From the NCBI RefSeq assembly GCF_902652985.1, contig NC_047015.1, forward strand, positions 13,082,001 to 13,146,000: a stretch of DNA of 64,000 nucleotides. The letters run 5' to 3'. Below the pieces are notes generated by a model. The model had not been told where the DNA came from. It searched no databases and was given only the letters and a program-made list of their open reading frames with translations. The first letter of the stretch is position 1. Each line of letters begins with the position of its first letter. This document shows positions 30,001 through 42,000 of the stretch, in pieces. The position numbers and the translations under genes are program-made. Source of the DNA: Pecten maximus. Lineage: Eukaryota.

Positions 30001-33000
30001 CATGGTCATACAAAGGAAGCTTGTCGCTTAGCCCAGAGACTTGCAGAGGAAATGCTAGCAAATCCTTGTGACCTGCTTGCAGAAACAGCAAATCTTCCAA
30101 GTATCAAAGGTTTGTATCCATGTCTCAGAAAGATGACGGTGGAATGTATCTATAAGTTATCAGGTCACCTAAGACATAGTCTCAAGTGACCTATTCTAAC
30201 CACCTATTGTCTGTTGTCGTCCACTGTTTCATCCATAAACAATTTACATTTTCGACTTCTTCTCAGAAACCTTATTTAGAATTAGCGATTTCTAAAGATA
30301 GTTTGATGGTATGCAAATGTTGCCCAACTGACCCCCAGGGGCTGATGGGTAAGGTCAAAAAGGGTCAAATTGACAAATATTTCAAAACTCAGGAGGCCAT
30401 TATGGGCCTCTTTATTTTCAATATGTTCTCCAAAATATAATTTGAAAGGGGAAAAAAAAGTGTTGCTTATAAGTATTGTTGTTCTGATCATTTGACCTGT
30501 TATTGAGTTTTACAGCAAAATTCAAATATTAATAAATGAACAAAATCGCTTGAACATTTAAATCAAAGTGCATTAAACAGTGAATTTTTGCTTAACATTT
30601 TTTTCTTGAAATGAATTTAACTCTGATGTTAATGTTATGTAGGTAAGAAGAAGAAAGCCCTCACCAACATCAGTCTGATGGCCAGTTCCACTTTGTCCAA
30701 GGCTGCCTTCCTGTCCAGTGTATTGGCAGAGGAACACGAATGTTTCCACCTGGCCTTCAAAGTGGGCATGTTTGGATTAGAACTCCCCAGACCACCAGCA
30801 TCCTGTAAAGCACTGGAGGTGAGTTGTGCTATATAGGATTTGTTTTCGTATACGACTCAATCGAACATCACCATATACTGATTTAACTCATACTATGCAA
30901 AGATAAAGGCTAATTTACATCTTAGCTATCTTCAAAAAAATGAATATTAAAGGGATTTTGTCTATAATTTTAGACAAGACAAGTGAGTTTTTGCAATTTA
31001 TCATGTATATAATGTATCATTTATTTATCTTTGTAAACCATCTAAAGATGTGTTCATTTAATGTTTATTATCAAGAGCATTTGGCTACCAGCCAGCCAAA
31101 GGGATTCACTTTTATTGTCAGCATATATAATAGAAAATTTGATCTCTGTTTCATGTTCTGTAGTATTGTTTTGTTTCTTGTACAAGGGACTGTCTGTCCA
31201 ACTACTGTTCTCTGTATTAATAGATTTAACACTGTGTTATAATTTTAATTCCGCAGATTAGATATATTAAGTATGTTACTACCAGGTTTTCAGGAACAAA
31301 AAATGACAAATAAACAAATACTTATTGGTCATAATGTAGGCACTGATGTTGTGTACCTTTTATACATCAAGACATGGATAACGGTAATACTGGTCTGCAG
31401 ACAAAGTTTGGTAATGACATGTTATCTTTTGTTAGCTAATCAGCTCTGATGAATAGATGGTCAGAATATTGTGATGCTACATTTATTGTGTATCTTTCAA
31501 TAAATATTTCATATTAAACATTTAATGCAGGTTAAATTAGCATATCAAGAGACCGAGTTACTGAATCTGCTGAAGAAGATACCGTTAGGTCCAGCAGAAG
31601 TGAATGTTCTGCGAGACAAGGCTGAACAACTGAGAGATAGAACCATAAAATCCCGTGGTGATGCCCTCTTGCCTCTCACTCTGGCCAGCTTTATATTTGA
31701 TTCCCTCTGTCTGCCAAGTAAGTCAAGTATGAAGAAAAAAGTTTAAAGCATAAAAAAGTAGTATTGGCAAATGTATTAAAATTATGAAACCTATGCAGAG
31801 TCTGCTATCAAGAAGCAATTGATCTTTGTTTCACATCAATAAAAAGATAGCTTGAAGATTAATAATAAAAAGTATTTAACCTTTGGTTTACCTCTTGTAG
31901 TCAGTGAATGATGATCATGCTATTTATGGGTTATGTGTTTCAGTGTTCCCTCTAGGTAGCACCAGTAGCAGGCCTCCCAGTAGGTCAGTACAGATCAGTA
32001 TTGCAAGGTCCCCAGGAGATGAGAAGCTTGGGTTTGAAGGGGCAGTCGCAGCACTGGGTAAGATGTAGTTAAACACTGTACTGTTTTGCTGTCAGCACTG
32101 TCTAGTATAATTAAATAATTTGCTTAATCACATCAAAGAAACATTCTTTCCTTTTTGCCTTGCATGCAAAGAAAAGTTACGAAAGCGAGAATGTAGGGTT
32201 GTATTACAATGGCAACATCGTCATCATCAGCATTTCACTTTAAAAGTTTTTCATTTAGATCCATTGCTCAAAAAGTATATTAAAAGGCCAATTTTAGCCA
32301 GACTTGGTATTTAGAAAGATCACAGGAAACTTAACACAGCCTTCATTTACGGAATATCATCTGGAGTTTATGGTTTGGTGACTCGAGAAAATGGAGATGC
32401 TGGTAATCTGGACTTGAAAGTTTTATGTTTTGCTCAGTTTCTTAAATCTTAAAAATTATCAATGTTATTTCAGCCAAACATGGCATGTAATCTGGGAATC
32501 TCAACACACCCTTCAGATTACATGAATTTTATGTTTTTGCTATATTTTTGGGTTAAAAATCCTAGATTTTGAGAAATTTATATAAAAACTTTAATGCTGA
32601 TGCATTTAGCTTACAATGGATGTATTTTTATCTCACTTTTCAGAAAGAGTGATTCTTTGGGTAAAAATGACATATTTAGATGAATTTTGAGAATTAGTGA
32701 TTTGCAAAATTTGGTTTTTGTTTTATAATGTATCAATATTAAAAATGTCTATAAAGTATACAGGGTGCTTCCATTATGTCATGTGGTTTTTTTTTGGTGG
32801 TTTTGGATAGGGGTGAAACCGTACACTTTCAGCACAGTTCGGTACATATTGTGGTTCGTTTTTTTTCGGTTCGTTTTATTTTAAGATATAAAAACTAAAT
32901 TACAAATAGATAGCTGATGTGGAATATCTGTAAAACAAATTCGGCAAGTAGCTACTGTCGCATCCTTTATCGGAAACCAAAATAGGAAACCGGGGAATCT

Positions 33001-36000
33001 CTTAGCACTAATGCCATTTTTCCGTCAAAATATTGCTTTAAAATAAGCCCTCTTCCGATTGGGACTCTTCAAATTCACTTGGCCAATCAGAAACCAGCTT
33101 TTATATATATCGTCAGTCAACCTTCTGCCGGCGCATAGTGAAATAGACATCCATATAGAAATTTACCGCTCACAGTGCATGTACCGTAATTTGCCGCACG
33201 GGAGGCCGTCCTTAAATGACCTTAGCTGTTAATAGGACGTTAAACAAAATAAACCTAACCTAACCTAACCGTAATTTGCTGTTGCTATACCGTGTACCAA
33301 ACTGAAACAAAAATATTGTGGTTCAGTTACACCGCGGTAAACCGTTTCACCCCTAGTTTTTTTTTGGGGGGGGGGGGGGATACTGAAATTTAAATGAATT
33401 TAGAGTTTGCTTAAAGCTTACTACATTGACAAAGCATGACATGGGAAACATAAATACAATGTATGTGTAAATCTTGTGTATAATATCACGGTACATGACA
33501 AAAAAAAAATGATTGAATTTGCCCAGCAAACAAATAAAAGAACAAAGCACTATAATATTTGTTACTCCTCTTTTATTAGGTCATCTGACCCAAAGGGTCA
33601 GGATGACCTATAGTCATCGTGCTTCGTCCGTCGTCGTCCGCCGTCCGCCGTGCGCCGTGCGCCGTCCGTAAACTTTTTCTTTCAAAACGCTACTCCTCCT
33701 TAACCCTTGGGTGGATTACTTCCAAATTTGGTTTGAAGCATCATTAGGGGAGGGCAATCATATTTTATATAAATGAGGCTGGTCTGACCCCTGGGGCCAG
33801 AAGGGCGGGGCCCCAAAAAGGGAACTTAGGTGAATATTGCTATAAAATCCTACTCCTCCTTTACCCTTGGGTGGATTACAACTAAATTTGGTGTGAAACA
33901 TCATTGGGGGAGGGCGGTCATATTTTATTTAAATGAAGTTGGTGTGACCCCTGGGGCCTGAGGGGCGGGGCCCCAAAAGGGGAACTTTGATGAAATTTTG
34001 CTATAAAATCCTACTCCTCCTTAACCCTTTAGTGGATTTCAACCAGATATGTTGTGAAACATCATTTGGGGAGGGCGGTCATATTTTATATAAATGAGGC
34101 TGGTGTGACCACTAGGGCCTGAGGGGCGGGGCCCCAAAAGGGGAACTTTGATGAAATTTTGCTATAAAATCCTACTCCTCCTTAACCCTTTAGTAGATTT
34201 CAACCAGATATGTTGTGAAACATCATTGGGGGAGGGTGGTCATATTTTATATAAATGAGGCTGGTGTGAGCCCTGGGGCCAGAGTGACGGGCCCAAAAAA
34301 GGGAACTTTGATGAAATTTTGCTATAAAATCCTACTCGTCCTTAACCCTTTGGTGGATTTCAACCAGATATTGTGTGAAACATCATTGGTGGAGGGTGGT
34401 CATATTTTATATAAATGAGGCTGGTGTGGCCCCTGGGGCCAGAGGGGCGGGGCCCCAAAAGGGGAACTTTGATGAAATTTTGCTATAAAATCCTATTCCT
34501 CCTAACACCCATAGTGAATTATTACCAAATTTGGTGTGAAACATCATTGGAGGAGGACAATCATATTTTATATAAATGAGGCTGGTTTGACCCCTAGGGC
34601 CAGAGGGGCGGGGCCCCAAAAGGGGAACTTTGGTGAATTTTTGCTATAAATCTACTTCTCTCTAACCCTTGGGTGGATTAATACGAAATATGGTGTGAAA
34701 CATCCTTTGGGAAGGGTGGTCATATTTTATATAAACGAGGCTAGTGTGACCCCTGGGGCCTGAGGGGCAGGGCCCCAAAATGGGAACTTTGGTGAATATT
34801 TGCTGTTAAATCCTAATCCTCCCTAACCTTTTGGTGCATTACAACCAAATTTGATGTGAAACATATTAGGTGACGGCAATCATATTTTTTAATGAGACAG
34901 GTTTGACCCCTGGGGAAAAAAAGATGGGGCAAAAGGAGTGCTTAGGTTAAACATTTCTTAAAAATGCAATTCCTCCTTAATGCCTTTATTGATTACAACC
35001 ATATTTAGTATGAAACATCATTGGGGAAAGGCAATCCTAATTGATATAAATGAGTCTTGTCTGACCCATTGGGACAGAGGGGCATGCCCCAAAAATGGGA
35101 ACTTGGCTAAAATTTTGCTTTATGATGCTGCTCTTCCTGGACAAGCTAAATGGATAAACACCAAATTTGATCTAAAACTTAACTGGCTGCGATAAATAAT
35201 TTATGGTAATAATGCTGGATTGGGGTGTGTGTCCCTGCTGTAAGTGTAAGTGTTTGTCAGATGACCGTTAAGGCCCATGGGCCTCTTGTTTGTACATAGC
35301 ATAGAGACTTGTATCACATGATTTTAACCCCAACTGTTATAGCATTCCATATACCCAAGCTCAATTTAGTTGGCCCAAAATTACCATAGTTGTCGAGGGG
35401 GCATTAAACGTGATCATACTAAGATGTATTTGTATTCCAGGTATGAAAGCCAATGTATCAGAGGCAGATCACCCACTCCTGTGTGAGAGTACAAGACGAC
35501 AGAGAGGGGAACTGGCCATCACAATGTTAGTCCATTACAAGGATGACCAAGTCAAACTTAGCAAGGTAAAGTGATATAGATAGCAATTACTTACTTTCAA
35601 GCTGAAGTGTTTCTGTAAGTCAGTCAACAGTTTGATAGGACATCTCATGACATTAGGAATGACTGTCCTCTCAACATTTAATGACACTTAGCAGTGACAT
35701 CTGTATACCAGACTTTTCATTTATCTCCATTTACATCAGTGATTTGTTTTACATCTACATTATTTTGATAGTTTAATTATTTGTTATTTGCAAAGATTCT
35801 ATGGAATATTTCTTCAGATAATGGATAAACTGCTAGATAAGGAGGTTCACCAATTGTACAAGGCTCCAAGTCTGGTGAACTACTTAGGCAGTAAGTCTGC
35901 ATCTGGTCAAGCAGCTACATCCATCCAAGCTGTTCATACCACACCCTCCACCAGCCAGTCTGTACCCCAGGCCTCCACATCACAGGGCAGTTGCTCCTCT

Positions 36001-39000
36001 GTCAGTCAACCCCAACAACAAATCCCTGAGGGGAGTGGTCAAGTAGCTGCAGCAAGGACAGTTTCCAACACGATTGTGACATCTGCGACAGGTGCTAGGC
36101 CAAAACTCACATACCCGCTGAGGTATAACAGGTAAGATGGAATCCATTGCTTGTTACTCTCGTTTTATCCTATTTAATTTTATCCTTTCACTTGAGTATT
36201 TATTGAATGCTTTGTCAGTGCATTTATGCATCTATCTAACAGGCATTTATACTGAGTACTGTAAATGTTATTTTTTGTGGGGGGGAATTTCGCAATTTCG
36301 ATATGTAAACTTTAGGCGTGGGAGTAATTGTAGTTTGAGATTACGCAAATTGATATCAAAATGATATGTTGGGGAAATTTTTGCGATCAAAAGGATTCCA
36401 TGTAATTAGCATAAATTTCCACGTTTACAGTAGATGGAAACTTGTCTCAACAAATCTACATTTTGCCATAACTTAATAAAATGCCACTGATGCAGTTTTC
36501 TTGCTCCAAGTTGGTTGTGTGTCAGTTAACTTTTTACTTGGCAGCAAATTTGTAATTATGAGGTAATAGTGTATATTACCCCAACTTTCCATGGACACTG
36601 GTCAAATTTCACATTCCTTTCCAGTGAAACATTTCATTATAATAAAAAACTTATATTAGGTCTTAGGATAACAAAGTCAGTGATCCGTAAGCTGACTTTG
36701 ATGGGTGGGATTAGAATCTAGATACAGAAATAATTTGTGATTATAACTGTATACACCTTTGTTAATTAAACTACTCTATTTGAATACTTGTGTTCTTTTT
36801 CTTGTATACGAAGTCCTGAGCTTATATCTTGATTTGACAGATTCTGTATAGCCTGCAATTTATATGGTTTTTGGAAAACTTTGTGGCAGATAACCCACTT
36901 CATCAGATAGTCCGCAGAAGGCATTTTTCAATGTTTTAAAATGTATAGCCTAGGGCAATATGCAGGAAATAGCAGTAGTAGTCATTGGTCAAGGTTGCAT
37001 GTCACACTTGCTCACTGATTTTCATTTTGAATCAAAAGAAGCTAACATAGAAAGATATTGGGTGTAAATATCAACTTCCAATTTAGATTTGGTTTTAACA
37101 ATTTCATTTCAGTGGAAAGGATACAGACAGTTCTGCAGTAGAGGAAGAAGAAGAACTCAAAGCTCTGGAAGCCAAATTGAGATGTATGAGCATGAAAAAA
37201 AAGCCTTCACAAGGTATGGATTTCTTGTCATCCTCATTTAGTTATCCTTTTTGTGTAGCTTGTGATGAGTTGATTCCATGGTAATGAAGTAGTTACTTTT
37301 GTCAAAAACAAGAAAATATGTTATTTCACTCTGAAATGCGCATGCAGAATAAAGTGTTAGAAATAATTTTAAAAAAATGATGCATCATTATTTAATGTTT
37401 AAGCCGTTCTGGTATGATTTTTGTAATTTTGACCCTCCAAATTTAATATGTGGTTAGTTGAAACCAAAATAGAATATATCCCTAAAATCAGCCGCAGAAT
37501 ATTATCAAATAACAAAATGATGAACAAAGAAATTTGATTTGTGAAAAATGAATGACTTTGCATGGACAGTTATCGGATATTAGTATTAATGGTTTGAAGA
37601 CCAGCAGTGTGGACTTGATCATAATTCAATTGGAAAACAGAGTTCTTTCATAAGATATACTTAGTGTAGTTAAAAAAAACTGTTAAATTAACACAAAATT
37701 TCATAATCTGCAAAATTATGAACTGTCATTATTTACACTTAAAAATTTAAAATTGAAAGACCTGTTGTAAGATTATTGTGTCATTATTGATGTTAGGTAT
37801 GGCCAGTATTGATAGCAGCGCCCCTGAGACAACCTCAAGTGACAATTCTCCCACCATGGTACGGCGTACCTGGAAACACCAGGGGCCAGGCAGTGACTGT
37901 GGCAGTTCAGGGGACAGCAGTGATTCTATTGGTTCTAGTAGCTCAGGGGATAAGGATGCCAGGAACAAACTCAGAGAAAATGAAAGGTGAAGGCATTTGA
38001 TGTGTGCTATTTTTCATAAGTCATTCAGATGAAGAAAAGAAAAAGGAAAATCTTTGTTACCACTGTTTGTTAACACAGGAAGATGAATTTAATATCAAAG
38101 TTTGTATACTTGGTTTTGAAAGAATAAATGAATAAATAAGAGTAGATGTGAATGTTTTTATTAATTTCTATTTTAGCCCTCCCAGTCCTTTGGGTGCCAG
38201 ATTCATGCCATCCCAATTGATAGAATCTCGAATCCTTACTCCAGGAATGGCTAATGTAAAAAATCCAAGGTAAGTTACTAGAACCCGATCATGCACAGTA
38301 TTTGAATATTTGTCCAGTTTTGAGGGGGTTCATTTTTGAGAAGTGATCAATTTTGACCAACCAGGATCCAGGGATGATATTAAATCGGATAACATTTTTT
38401 AATTTTTGAAGCTGTATTAATGTAATGGAAGTTAATGGATTCCTAGAATACAGAATCAATATAGATTAAAACAAGTGGATAGTTCCAATATTGATTGTAA
38501 ACATATGCCATATATCATTTCATTTATCATTTTACAATAGTCATTAGCTTGTTGCTATACCTCTCTGTTTCTGAGGTAAGATAAGGGGTATTTATTTCAT
38601 TGCAAACTAGAACGGTTTTACAAATAGATATAGAACAATAATTCATATCAGCCTTATTGAGGTGATCAATACAACATTTCAAAATGAAGCCTGATGTACC
38701 ATAAGGTTCATTATTGTGTACAAATTTGTCTTCTGCATAACCCATATAACTCATCCCAAGCCTCATGCAAATCGAAGGCAAAACTTTGGCTTTCTAGCCC
38801 TACTTCTTTTCTTAGGGTAAACAGACTGTACTACTTTGATAACACATGATGATTTGGTTTCATCTTGATCATGTTAATTATACAAGTACAACAGTTAAAT
38901 CATGATCCCCCTCTAGTCATAGGTTTTGCATATCAATTTACCTACTTAACACACATGCCCAAAGATCAAGCTTACGACAACAATTACAGCAGGTGTTGAT

Positions 39001-42000
39001 TTCACAGTAAGTTGCTCATCACCTGTAGGTAAGGCCGGTTTACAGAACTTATTTTTGGTATATTTTAAACATTTTGTACACAAAATTCGTTTGATATTTA
39101 GAATTCAGTGGGATCGATATTGGGAATTTTTTATTACTATGCCATGATAAAGAAGGAACAATTCTGTGCATCACCATTGCATTTGGTATCAGGAGGTGAT
39201 AGGTTTTAAGGAGGATCGGATTTGGGAAGTTGCTCTGTACATACTTATTAAATATTGGCTCAACTAGCTAAGTAATTCTATTACAATGATTAGTATTGGG
39301 CGCTGGGCTGGTGATCAAAGGATATCTGGTTCAAACCAAACACTGTGTTGTATCTATGAACAAGTACTTTACTCTGTTGTATTCCAGTCAAATAAGCTGG
39401 AAATGAAATTGTGAAAGAGCAATGCTTTAAATGCTGTGGACACCCTATTAGTACCAAGTTGCAGCACAGGAGCATGCTCCCCAGGGTGTTGATAAAGACA
39501 GAAAAGTGTGCTAGCTCAAGGCCCGGTTACCATGGATAGTAATTCATGAACCACTTAAGATGGTATAATTATTGCTGTGATAAAGCAGTCATAACTTAAA
39601 GTGATTTTTTATTATCATTAATGTAAGATCTCTACCCACACACAGTTGAGCACTGCCATTCGATTTCCTTTGAGATGTCAAACAACTAGTGTAAAGAAGA
39701 TGCAATGCAACAGGCTTAGTGTATGTTTAACTAAGAATTAAACCCAAAGGCACATGATATCTTGATATACTGACAGTAAAACTGGGATAAGTTGAAGTCA
39801 AGAGGACCAAGCAAAACATTCGACTTATCCGATGGTTCAACTTATTTTTGTCCATGTGTATATGAAGACATAATGACATTTTACTGGCCCGAGTATCATT
39901 GGATGTATGCAGAATACATTCTTGATTGCATGGTCTGAAATAAGCAATAAATAATAACAAACAAATGAATTATGCATGATAACAATTATTCATTTATTTA
40001 ATAAACAACATTATGCACATCTACAGATCTAAACAAAATACATGTATCAGATTATCTTTGCCATAGACACGTGATTAACACACACTGATAGTCGTACACA
40101 CTATGGCATGATATTCTATGAAAACAATACATATAGTATAAGAGTATTTATTTATATATTATACTCACATTATTTCTCTTAAAATCTATCAATATTGTTC
40201 TACAGATGAACAATAAGAAACAATAATCAGTTCAGGACTGCACTCATTTTGTATAAAATGTGAAGGCCATAGCCACTGAAACATGGCATTGTCAGTGTCA
40301 GCTGTATGATATTGCCACAAGATTTTGCACAGAATAAGATAATCCTGCACAATGACATTATTGTTACTATTGCATCAGTGTAATTTAAAATTTAGGCATA
40401 GATAAATAGATCAATGACAGACAAGTATTTTAAATTTATCGTTTATTTTTTCCTTCCATTTTCTGGTAGCCATGTGTATCAAAACAGTAAACAGAACACA
40501 GTAGGTCATGATGTTATTGTTTGTAGACTAAAATGTGTACATTTTATTCCAAGTTATTTACACATTAATGTTTTACTTTACCTGTGCACCTGCATAAACA
40601 AAGGGATTATGTTCAACCAACAGCCAGAAACTAACAATAGGCTCTGGTAACACCGTCAGGGCTAATCGGTCACACTCTGTCAATTAGGCTGAAGTCAGCA
40701 AATTTTACCTGAGACAGCATGACACCTCGACGTTCAACACAAAAATAGAAGTTTTGGTATAGTTTAGAAGGGAGGGGCCACAGAATTTATTTGACGCAAC
40801 CACAGTATTTGTTTCAACAGCGTTCAAATTAACTGTGTTTAATTTACTAAGAAAAAGAGGGTGGAAAATCGTTTTATGAAATTGTGATCTTGATATACAT
40901 GTAGTTGTCTCCCGTTATTGAAATTTCTTTTAGTTTGCAGAAAAGTTAATATTCATTTATAAAGATTATTATTTCTTTTATTCTCAGGTACAAAGGAAAG
41001 GCTCGTATTATGCCCACAGTACCCAACCAACCAAGTGAAGCCTCAGCCCACTTCATGTTTGAGTTGTCTAAGACTGTGTTGACCAAGGCAGGTGGTAACA
41101 GTTCCACTTCCTTGTTTACTCAGCCTAGCAATACCAATACTCATACAGGACCTCACAGAAACCTTCATCTCTGCGCCTTTCAGATTGGCCTGTATGCCTT
41201 GGGACTCAACAACTGTGTATCTCCTAACTGGCTCTCTCGGACCTACTCGTCTCATGTGTCCTGGATTACAGGTACACGAGACTGTTATAATTTAGTTTTA
41301 AAGGTAATATGTACCAAATGCAGCTGATGTGCTGTAGGTAACCCGATGAAAAAGTTCTCAGCAAGTCAGGTGTTTATAATTCAAAGTCAGTAGTTAATGT
41401 ATTGGAGAAACAGTATTCAGTCATCAAAAAGACAACTTGATAAAGTCAAGTTTCAGCATCTACACACTGTCATGATATGAGGGAGCAAGACACCTGACAA
41501 ATGTATATTGGATCTGTACAATAGGTCCTTACAGATATGTAAAATGAGAGCTCATAAGATTAGACTGCATACTATCAACATTTCTGCATGGTTACTAGTG
41601 GTGCGCTGTATTATCAGTATACCGGTATATCAACATTCTAATTGAAAAAAAAAATATGTATTGCGGTAAGATTTTGACATATCGGTACACTCAGAAATCT
41701 TTGTAAGATTCTGTAAAAAGTTCTATTATTATAGAAATTTTGAAATTATTCGATCAACTGCTTTCAATTTTTGTCTTTTAAGTGTAAATGTCGAATGATA
41801 TAACAATTCACTTGCATATTTATTGTTTTCGAGACGATAAATACATAAGACATTTATGCATTCCTGAACTCAAGCATCTGGTTCACAGAGACTGCTCGAG
41901 TGAAAAGAAGTAACGTTTTCAAAATTGCGGAAATAATAATAAATAAGATTTGTTTAGCCATGATTACATTGCTTTGCTTAAAGAAAAGATTTGCAGTTCT

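Noticed and set aside
37262-37334. C/D-box snoRNA candidate (GTGATGA...CTGA) in a ZSWIM8 intron
   Set aside because: Weak terminal stem and no 10-nt or longer rRNA guide that I could recognise; needs snoscan or Rfam to reconsider.
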